From assembly GCA_016699265.1 (NCBI GenBank), contig CP064967.1, positions 690,001 through 722,000 of the forward strand: DNA of 32,000 nucleotides. The letters are read 5' to 3'. Position 1 is the first letter of the stretch, and each line of letters opens with the position of its first letter. This stretch comes from Candidatus Saccharimonadota bacterium (GTDB taxonomy: Bacteria > Patescibacteriota > Microgenomatia > UBA1406 > GWC2-37-13). Below are positions 16,647 to 24,234 of the stretch, in pieces. Position numbers and translations under genes: made by a program. The notes under the pieces were generated by a model. It did no database searches. It saw only the letters and a program-made list of their open reading frames with translations, and was not told the DNA's origin.

Positions 16647-17680
16647 AGACAACATCACCTTCTTGTAATCCATTTAGTATCACCGTTGCCGTGTCTATTT
16701 CTTCACCGACCTCCACCGTTGTTTTTACTTTCTTTTCTCCAACTTTTTTCATTACATATTTCTTGCCACTTTCTGATTTAATAAAGGTTGTTGGTACGCC
16801 AATAACACCAACCATCTTCTTAGTGATGAACTCAACGTCTCCCGTCATCCCTAAACGATATTTCAGTTGAGCGCTATCAGAACTATCGGGAGAGGTGCTA
16901 ATCTTAACTTCATATACCGTTCCTGTTTCATCTGATTTAGGAGTAAACGCAATGGACTGTATGGTAGCTGATGTGGTCTCGTCTGGAAAAGAATCGTAAC
17001 TAATTTGACCCTTCATTCCTTCGTACATTTTCACAACATCAGTTTGATCCACAGCTCCTGAGAAATAAAGAGTTTCTGGGTTTACAATTACGAACTCGGC
17101 TTGCGTAGGGGTTATATTAACACCAGCCTGCTTGGTGCCAACCGAAGTAACAACACCAGCGATAGGCGAAACCAGAGTTGAATAACGAAGGGAGATGTCC
17201 GACAGTTCAACATCTAGAACTGAGCTATTAAGATCGAACTGCACTTTTTATATGCATCGATCGTGTCCTGTCTCAGATATTTATCTGGAGATAGTGCATG
17301 CTCATCGGTATCCATTGCCGTGTTGTCAAATGTAAGCCTTTGTTTATCATAGGTAATAAGTTCTTTCTCTAGTTGTTTCTTTAACTGTCTCTGATCCAGC
17401 GATGCTATTGATTGATACTTTTTTACCACATCACCTTCTGTTACCCCTACCCATGCGAGACGACCAGATGTCTGGAAGCGAAGAGTTGCCTTCTCCTGAG
17501 CATCTACTGATCCCGAAAATGTCAATGACTCGCTTAGTGTCTGTCGTTTTACTTTATAGGTCAACTCCACAACGGTACTTTTTTTACCCACAGTCTGACC
17601 ATAAACAATCCAACCAACAACGAAAATAATTATGAGTATGATCCACCAGCGTTTTTAATAATATTAAGCAGTTTCTTCAT
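16639..17680 (-). pseudogene. MacA/HlyD-family periplasmic adaptor broken by two frameshifts at homopolymers
   Basis: The ATG at 17680 gives MKKLLNIIK and then terminates. Adding one base to the T5 run at 17652-17656 gives MKKLLNIIKKRWWIILIIIIFVVGWIVYGQTVGKKST..., which continues into ORF 17214..17591. Adding one base to the T5 run at 17245-17249 gives ...DAYKKVQFDLNSSV..., which joins ORF 16639..17244. Confidence 0.8.
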
Positions 17681-17690
17681 AGTTTATTTT

Positions 17691-17738
17691 AGTTTTTCCC
17701 GATTTACGATCGGGATCCCGATTCTGAGGCAATCGGGG
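17691..17738 (+). repeat. Double-hairpin intergenic repeat, copy B
   Basis: The sequence is agtttttCCCGATttacgATCGGGatCCCGATtctgaggcaATCGGGg. It lies directly after the stop of 17739..18869 and upstream of the macA-like gene. Confidence 0.85.
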
Positions 17739-18869
17739 TCATAGGAACGGTGCCCAGTTACCCACCGGCATAGCATTTCCTTGCAGAAAGGTCCATGCGT
17801 AGAGATATACAGCGGGCACAATCAGTATAAACGAAATGACTGTCCTTTTTGAGGTTAAATATTTTTCGAACACGATGCATGTGATTGGCAACATTGGCAA
17901 AGCGTAACGCGATATGTCTCGATGTTGTACGAAAATTAAACTAAAGAAAAAGGTAAGCGAAAAGTAAAATAAAATCTGCATCTTATGTTTATATGTATAA
18001 ACCACAGTTAAAGCATAGATTGCAAAGGTGAGTAGAACATCTTCAAGCCAGTGAGTACCTACCCATTTTGCGCTAGCATTGAATGCTGCGTATGGATAAG
18101 GCATCGGTACAACGTAACCCGTGTGCCAATATGCAAAGAGGTCACCCATCTGCTGCTGATAGATAAGACAGACCGCAGCAAGCCCTGCAGGAATAAGGAA
18201 AAGCCATAACCATCCAGACTCAAATCGCTTCTCCTCCCTCATCCTTTGTACCGCTGAAAATCCATAAGCTGCAAGTAAAAGAATTCCTGGTAGCTTTGTC
18301 ATCGTCGCGAGTCCACCTACTAAACCAGCAAATACGTACTTTTTCTTTTCGAAGAAAAAAAGTGAGAGCAAAATGAGCAACATAAATAAACTCTCTGGAG
18401 AACCGATCGACCGCACAACTAAAAATCGGGGGAACATTAAAAATACGAATGTGAGGAGTAGGGGTTTAGTACTGAGTTTTTGAGATTGTACGAAGTAATA
18501 AAAAAACCAACCGAGCAGTACTGTAGAGAGAAGCGTTACAAACATCATCGATTTTACATAACCCAAACCATATGCAAATCCACGAATGAGCCCTGGAAAG
18601 AGAGGAAGATGTGCAGCAAAGTACTCGGGAGTAAGTCCCCCTTCAAGCCGTAGCGAGTTAATTGCTGATGGTAGATACCATGATTTAGCTGCTATCACAT
18701 ATAGGAGTCCATCAAAGTTACGATATATGAGCGAGGTATCGGTATTTGGAATATGCATACCGAGAAAGCCTAATTGTTGAACAAACGGCAACCATACTAC
18801 CATGCTCGAGATAAGGGTGAAAAGAAGAATATAGAGGTAGTTTTTATACGTCCTGAAAAACCACTGCAT
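17739..18869 (-). CDS. GT-C-fold membrane glycosyltransferase, PIG-V/DUF2029-like (putative mannosyltransferase)
   Basis: 376 aa with about 10 TM helices. NFDGLLYVIAAKSWY resembles the PIG-V-type WDxxxYxxIAxxGY loop. The family call is from memory. Confidence 0.75.
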   Translation of the reverse strand: MQWFFRTYKNYLYILLFTLISSMVVWLPFVQQLGFLGMHIPNTDTSLIYRNFDGLLYVIAAKSWYLPSAINSLRLEGGLTPEYFAAHLPLFPGLIRGFAYGLGYVKSMMFVTLLSTVLLGWFFYYFVQSQKLSTKPLLLTFVFLMFPRFLVVRSIGSPESLFMLLILLSLFFFEKKKYVFAGLVGGLATMTKLPGILLLAAYGFSAVQRMREEKRFESGWLWLFLIPAGLAAVCLIYQQQMGDLFAYWHTGYVVPMPYPYAAFNASAKWVGTHWLEDVLLTFAIYALTVVYTYKHKMQILFYFSLTFFFSLIFVQHRDISRYALPMLPITCIVFEKYLTSKRTVISFILIVPAVYLYAWTFLQGNAMPVGNWAPFL

Positions 18870-20397
18870 GATTTATTATACTATGGTAATGATGAAGAGG
18901 TTGTCAGCTCTATTTGGTGGAAAACTATGGATGATTGCGGTACTTATTTTAGTAGCTATCGGGGCCTTCTTGAGATTACACCTCATCTATGAAACAGCGA
19001 CCTTTTTGGGAGATCAGGGAAGAGATGCAATTGTTATGCGCAACATCGCAACCTTGAGAGATCTTCCTGCTCTTGGACCCATCACCTCAGTCGGAAGTAT
19101 CTATCTTGGTCCTCTTTACTACTACATGATGGCTCCTTGGCTCTGGCTCTCCATCTTTAATCCGATCGGCCCCGCGGTTGGTATTGCGCTCATTACATCA
19201 GCTGCACTTTTCCTCCAATACATAGCAGTCAAAGAAATGGTGAATAAACAAACCGCCTTACTCTCAGTCGCATTTGCAACTTTTTCATGGGTTTTGGTCG
19301 AGTATTCACGTTTCTCATGGAATCCGAATCTACTACCTCAAACAACTCTTTTTGTAGCATACACCCTCTATAAGATTGTGAAGACTAAAAAACTTAGATA
19401 CTTTATTCTTCATGGAATTTTACTATCTCTCGCTATTCAACTTCACTATTTGGCAGTCTTCTTACTTCCGGTCACTATAGTGGTCCTATTGTTTAATGAC
19501 ATCAATGACCTGCCTGCCGGCAAGCAGGAAAGAAAAGATCCTCTCCTCCTTCATATCGGTAATTCACTCACCCTTGGTGCGTCGTTCGTTCTCCCCCTTG
19601 CTCCATTCCTTCTCTTTGAGGTGATACATTCATTTCCCAATTTCAGAAGCATTCTTCATTTCTCATCCACCAACTCTGGATCAAGCAACACCCCATTTAA
19701 TAACGAACTCTTTACGTCCCTTCAGAACACAGTTCAGTTTGCGACACAGTATAACTTCACGGGTTGGTGGGTAATATTCATAGGATTATTACTATTCGTC
19801 GTATTTATATATACATTGAAAAAAGGAGAAAAAATTTCGTATCTGGTTGGATCACTCCTCGTAATGATTATTGGAGTATCCTTTTACCGAGGGCCAAAAT
19901 ATGCTCACTACGTCGGAGGAACATATCTTTTGCTATATGTCACCGCGAGCTATCTCCTTGTTAAACTCGGTAGATTCAATGCTTATCTTGGCGGACTGTT
20001 GATTGCCCTTACCTTAGGAGTCTTTCTCAATCTCAACGTTCAGAAGTACTACTTCCTACGCGAGAAGGACCACCAAAATCAGATCGATAAAGCTTACCAA
20101 ATCGCACTCACAATCATCTCGATGAAACCCACCGAGACCTTCACACTCACCTCGTCCCCAGACGCTTATGCCGACTATCCGTATCGTTACTTTCTTGATG
20201 TCCTAAACAAAAAACCTATCTCAAAAGAAGCGGACTCGTACTCACCTTCAAATAGTTTATTTGTTGTATGCGAGGCTCAGTGCAACCCAATGAGTGATCC
20301 TCAGTGGGCAATTGCACATTTCAATCCTAAAAAAATTGAGGCAACAAAGACTATTTCCGCCTACCCTTGGCTCAAGGTTTATAAACTGACCCGTTAG
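18868..20397 (+). CDS. GT-C-fold glycosyltransferase, ArnT/PMT_2 (GT39/GT83)-like
   Basis: 509 aa: a multi-pass N-terminal region with an early acidic loop (FLGDQGRDAIVM) and a soluble C-terminal domain. The probable true start is an ATG at 18883-18892 (MKRLSALF). Confidence 0.8.
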   Translation: MIYYTMVMMKRLSALFGGKLWMIAVLILVAIGAFLRLHLIYETATFLGDQGRDAIVMRNIATLRDLPALGPITSVGSIYLGPLYYYMMAPWLWLSIFNPIGPAVGIALITSAALFLQYIAVKEMVNKQTALLSVAFATFSWVLVEYSRFSWNPNLLPQTTLFVAYTLYKIVKTKKLRYFILHGILLSLAIQLHYLAVFLLPVTIVVLLFNDINDLPAGKQERKDPLLLHIGNSLTLGASFVLPLAPFLLFEVIHSFPNFRSILHFSSTNSGSSNTPFNNELFTSLQNTVQFATQYNFTGWWVIFIGLLLFVVFIYTLKKGEKISYLVGSLLVMIIGVSFYRGPKYAHYVGGTYLLLYVTASYLLVKLGRFNAYLGGLLIALTLGVFLNLNVQKYYFLREKDHQNQIDKAYQIALTIISMKPTETFTLTSSPDAYADYPYRYFLDVLNKKPISKEADSYSPSNSLFVVCEAQCNPMSDPQWAIAHFNPKKIEATKTISAYPWLKVYKLTR

Positions 20398-20489
20398 AAA
20401 TTTGAATTTTGTAATTTGAAATTTGAATTCAATTATAAATATTTAAAATTGTAAATTGACTAAAAATTAAAAACTTTGAACTAAAAATT

Positions 20490-21239
20490 ATGCACGTAAC
20501 CCTTATTATTCCTTGCTATAACGAGGAGAAAAATATTCAAAAAGGAGTGTTAGATAGAATAGCAAACTATGTTCAAGATCATAAGCACTTCACGGAGGTT
20601 GTTATAGTTGATGACGGATCAACGGACTCAACCAAGGAAATTATCAAAAAAGAATATCTCCCCAAATTTAAGTTCTTCAGGTTGGTTGAAAATAATCATG
20701 AGGGAAAAGCGCGCGCTGTGATAGAAGGAATTAGACAATCTAAGGAACCGTTTGTAATGTTCACTGATATTGACCTCGCAACTCCGCTTGAAGAGTCTGA
20801 AAAACTCATAGCGCAGGCGGAAAAAGGATTCGATATTGTGATAGGATCACGTAACTCAACTCGCGAAGGTGCTCCGATTCTTCGCAAGGTAATGGCGGTA
20901 GGATTTATCGTAATTCGCAACCTCGCCCTCGGTCTTCACAAAATCCGAGACACCCAGTGTGGCTTTAAGCTCTTCAACCGGGATGTGGCACTAGCAATTA
21001 TTGATTGCATTAGACTATTCGACAGACAGAAAACGGTTACGGGCTCCTCGGTATCAGCAGCATTCGATCTCGAGTTTCTCTTTCTAGCGTCTAAAATGAA
21101 AAAAAGAATTATGGAGGTCCCGGTGATATGGCGTCATGTTGAGACAAAAAATGTTACCTTCTTCCACGACGTTTTAGAAACGCTTCGAGGAATTGCAGTC
21201 ATTATGTACCATAACGTAAGAGGAGACTATAACAATTAG
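20490..21239 (+). CDS. GT2 polyprenyl-phosphate hexose synthase (Alg5/Dpm1/GtrB-like)
   Basis: LIIPCYNEEKNI ... VVIVDDGSTDST ... GKARAV ... FTDIDLATP ... DTQCGFKLF are the signature blocks of Alg5/GtrB-type polyprenol-phosphate glycosyltransferases. Confidence 0.9.
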   Translation: MHVTLIIPCYNEEKNIQKGVLDRIANYVQDHKHFTEVVIVDDGSTDSTKEIIKKEYLPKFKFFRLVENNHEGKARAVIEGIRQSKEPFVMFTDIDLATPLEESEKLIAQAEKGFDIVIGSRNSTREGAPILRKVMAVGFIVIRNLALGLHKIRDTQCGFKLFNRDVALAIIDCIRLFDRQKTVTGSSVSAAFDLEFLFLASKMKKRIMEVPVIWRHVETKNVTFFHDVLETLRGIAVIMYHNVRGDYNN

Positions 21240-21244
21240 TTCTT

Positions 21245-21288
21245 AGTTTCCCGATTTCGATCGGGATCCTCGATTCTGAGGAATAGGG
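21245..21288 (+). repeat. Double-hairpin intergenic repeat, copy C
   Basis: The sequence is agtttCCCGATttcgATCGGGatCCTCGATtctgaggAATAGGG. It starts 6 nt after the stop of the GT2 gene and aligns end to end with copy B. Confidence 0.85.
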
Positions 21289-21290
21289 AC

Positions 21291-21318
21291 TTATTTCTTA
21301 TTTCTTATTTCTTATTTA
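21291..21318 (+). repeat. Heptamer tandem repeat (ttatttc x3 plus ttattta)
   Basis: Read directly from the sequence: ttatttc at 21291, 21298 and 21305, then ttattta at 21312. Confidence 0.9.
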
Positions 21319-21333
21319 AAAATTAATAACTGA

Positions 21334-22905
21334 ATAAAAATTAAAAACTTCAAATTAAAAATTCAATCTTATTGGCCATTAATACTCATACTTTCGGTAG
21401 TCGGTTTTCTTTTGACCTTTAGGCTTGGTCGTGATTTGTTACTGGACTGGGACGAATGTATTTATGCAGGCTATGCAATCAGCATGAAGATGGGTAGTTC
21501 GGCGCTTCATAATACGTGGAATACATTAGGTCTGTTTGAAAAATCTCCGTTTTATTCATGGATCTTGCAGCTGCCACTACTTTTTCAGAAAACTGAATTT
21601 AATCTTCGACTTCCAACAGTTCTCGCAAGTTTAACGCTTCTTGGATCGATCTACGTTTTTTGTCAGACCTATTTCTCAAAGAGAATAGCGGTAATCTCGA
21701 CGCTTCTCATGCTCACATTCGAATCGTATGTCATTTATTCTACAAAGGTCTCAACCGACGTCCTCTTTTCACTGTTTATATTTTCTGGTTTTTGGACCTG
21801 GGTATCGTCTGCAAATGGTAAAGGAAAAAGGTCGAAATTACTCGTATGGATGAGCGGAGTTTTTTTTGCGTTTGCGCTGATGGTCAAGGGATTAGGTGTT
21901 GCTCCTTATATGGGAACACTGTTCCTTTCAATTTTACTCCAACCAAAGAAAAATCGATTCTTCGATTTTTTCAAAATGCTCACCTCATTTATTGTGATTG
22001 GACTCCCATGGCATCTTCTGATGTACCTCACGCATCAAAAGGAATTTATACAGATGTATTTAGTCGATAATTTTTATAAACGTTCAACCTTTCCTGTAGA
22101 GTTTCACCGAGAGCGAATTTGGTTTTATCTTGACCTTCTTTACAAGGAATCATTTCCGTGGATCTTTGCACTATTCATAGCGCCTTTATCGGTCATCCTG
22201 AATGCAGTGAAGGATCTAGCAAAGCGAACCAAGAAAGGATCTGGATTTCTTGCATTCACCCTGCCTACCGGCAGATAGTTCGGAATGACAGTTCGGGGAC
22301 AAATTGAGAAAAATAGTCTCACTTATACAGTTTTCTTATTCGTGCTCCTACCTCTCATATCTATTTCACGAGTCCAAACTCGAATTGCATGGTATGTGAT
22401 TCCACTACTCCCGTACCTTTCCATTTTTCTCGCGATTTGCCTGAATCTGGTCTTTGATTTTATGAAGAAAAAAAATAAAGTACTAAGTAATGTACTTTTT
22501 GTTCTCTTATTAATTTTAATCATCTTGGATGTAGGAAAATTAATCCTGAACGAAACACGATTTACGCAAAGTAAACCAACAATTGATTCAAGATATGAGG
22601 TAATTTTGCAGTCCTCAAAACTACAAGGCAGTGTTCTCAACTACCTCGTTCCGTTTGGCGAACGACAGGCCAAGGTTATACTCCCTCTAGATGAGACGCT
22701 TACGAACACTTGGTACTACGGGGGCAATGCCTGCGCCGTCTACTACAGTAATAAAAAAGTAAATTACTTCTATGAGATAGAGGCATTTGAGAAAGCTTTT
22801 ACCCAAAATGATGGCCTCTTCCTCATCTCAAACCAAGACGCAAAATACGCAGAAGATAAGGTGATTTTATTTAAAAATGCCGACTATACCTTGTTTACTT
22901 TCTAG
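21334..22905 (+). pseudogene. GT-C (ArnT/PMT_2-like) paralogue with an in-frame TAG and no canonical start for its first TM helix
   Basis: ORFs 21412..22278 and 22285..22905 are in the same frame, separated only by TAG at 22276-22278 (...LPTGR*FGMTVRGQ...). Together they are about 495 aa, like the paralogues. The frame is open from 21334 and encodes the expected TM1 (YWPLILILSVVGFLLTFRLG...DWDECIYAGYA), but there is no ATG, GTG or TTG before 21412. Confidence 0.7.
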
Positions 22906-23494
22906 CCAATCTTCCTCGAAGACTAAGTGTGGCGATCAAAATATTTATCAGAAATAAATATACGGGGAATAGTAGATTTGCTACATCGAACTTCGTCGTA
23001 GACAAAACTCCAACAAATGCGGCCGTAGCAAAGATAAAAAATGCAGAAGGCGTCTCTGACATTGGATCGCTGAAAGACTTTTTAATAGTTGGCATAGAAA
23101 CAATTAGATCTGCAATTACAGATAGGACCAGAGCCGTTAGTGGATTTTTAGTTATCATCCATAACGCGATAGCCAAAAAACCGAAGATCAGACTTAATCT
23201 ATCAAACAATGTGTACTTTGTTACTCCGTACTTTAATGACAACAAAAAAGTAATTCCAGTTCCAAGTAAGTCTCCTATTAACAACAAAACGGAAAAACTG
23301 GCCCCTTCTTTTATCTGTGCAGCGGCTCCAATGCTCAATAATATTGTCCAACCAAGCCAAGAAACTGAGTTTGGCCTGGTTTTACCGTTCAAAATATCTC
23401 GAATATATGGGACGATCGCGAAGAATATGAGAAGTCCGGACAGAAGTCCGAGCACTGCATGCCAGTCGTACATTCCTAATACTACCAAATTCAA
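22895..23494 (-). CDS. 7-TM membrane protein with two PQ-loop-like motifs (paralogue 1)
   Basis: 199 aa with 3+1+3 TM helices. The motifs VPYIRDILNGKTRPNSVSW (after TM1) and MPTIKKSFSDPMSETPSAF (after TM5) are shared with the neighbouring paralogue. Confidence 0.8.
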   Translation of the reverse strand: MNLVVLGMYDWHAVLGLLSGLLIFFAIVPYIRDILNGKTRPNSVSWLGWTILLSIGAAAQIKEGASFSVLLLIGDLLGTGITFLLSLKYGVTKYTLFDRLSLIFGFLAIALWMITKNPLTALVLSVIADLIVSMPTIKKSFSDPMSETPSAFFIFATAAFVGVLSTTKFDVANLLFPVYLFLINILIATLSLRGRLARK

Positions 23495-23526
23495 CCAGAC
23501 AAGGGCCTTACAGCACTTTAATTATT

Positions 23527-23572
23527 TTTCCGAGTTCTCAGAATCGCGATTCCCGATTTTATGTTGGGAAAA
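23527..23572 (-). repeat. Double-hairpin intergenic repeat, copy D (inverted orientation, diverged)
   Basis: The reverse complement reads ttttcccaacataaaatcgggaatcgcgattctgagaactcggaaa. This aligns with copy B (tttcccgatttacgatcgggatcccgattctgaggcaatcgggg). It lies between the two PQ-loop-like genes. Confidence 0.65.
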
Positions 23573-23586
23573 TAATAGAAACAAAC

Positions 23587-24159
23587 TTATTTCTTTCTTC
23601 CCTTTATCAAAACCCCTACAAGTATAAGGTTGGCTAAAAATACAGCTGACGGGTAGAGCGCAGTGATTAGGGAAATCTTTTCTAGAGCAAATATGGATAT
23701 AAAATGTTTGATTGCCGCAAAATTATGAGTCGAAAGGGTTTCCTCGTAAGGCTTCTTTAAGCTTTTTCTAATCGTGGGATAAAACGCAGCAACATCAATA
23801 AATGTTACGAGAATGATCGAAAGTAAAGCGTTCCTCACAATTATGAACAGGAATGTGGCGCCAACAACTCCGGCCAACATGACTTTATCACTCCTCGTGA
23901 TATCTTTCGTGCCAAACTTAAAAGACAAGGCGAGTATTAACAAGCAGAGTATGGCGGTAACACCGGTGGTCCAGGCACCTGCACCAGCTCCGTCGCTCAT
24001 CTGAGAGAAGAAGGCCATAAATGTGAGAGGTGTCCAGATCACCCATGTGTAAAGATGCGGCTTAGTTTTCTTTTTTACGATATCGGATATATACGGAAAT
24101 AAACTAAAAATACTTATTACGACAGCGGTGATTCCGAGTATTTCCTTGATATTAGGCAT
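23587..24159 (-). CDS. 7-TM membrane protein with two PQ-loop-like motifs (paralogue 2)
   Basis: 190 aa. FPYISDIVKKKTKPHLYTW and YPTIRKSLKKPYEETLSTH occupy positions equivalent to the motifs in 22895..23494. Confidence 0.8.
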   Translation of the reverse strand: MPNIKEILGITAVVISIFSLFPYISDIVKKKTKPHLYTWVIWTPLTFMAFFSQMSDGAGAGAWTTGVTAILCLLILALSFKFGTKDITRSDKVMLAGVVGATFLFIIVRNALLSIILVTFIDVAAFYPTIRKSLKKPYEETLSTHNFAAIKHFISIFALEKISLITALYPSAVFLANLILVGVLIKGRKK

Positions 24160-24234
24160 AGTTGTAGACCGAATGAAGAGTTAAAACCGATCCCTCTTGA
24201 GAGTTGGACATTGAAGTATTATATAATAATTGTG

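Noticed and set aside
17245-17249. Programmed ribosomal frameshifting or transcriptional slippage at the A5/T5 runs
   Set aside because: The runs are only 5 nt. There is no slippery heptamer, stimulatory structure or internal SD. The required corrections go in both directions (+1 nt at three sites, -1 nt at one). Homopolymer error or decay is the more economical explanation.
18867-18870. Divergent genes sharing the palindromic tetranucleotide CATG as overlapping start codons
   Set aside because: The plus-strand gene has three further in-frame ATGs within 25 nt, and MKRLSALF at 18892 looks like the real N-terminus. The overlap is probably an ORF-calling artefact.
21291-21318. CRISPR-like array
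   Set aside because: These are contiguous 7-nt units with no spacers and there are no cas genes. No repeat-spacer architecture occurs anywhere in the window.
22276-22278. TAG read-through or stop-codon reassignment, or UGA recoding as in some CPR lineages
   Set aside because: TAG terminates the two adjacent intact genes (stops at 20395-20397 and 21237-21239). TGA terminates the Lon-like gene. All conserved genes are full length under the standard code.
22929-23627. 232-aa plus-strand ORF
   Set aside because: It is antisense to 22895..23494. That minus-strand gene encodes a clean 7-TM protein with a paralogue next door, whereas the plus-strand product is low-complexity and runs across the intergenic repeat.
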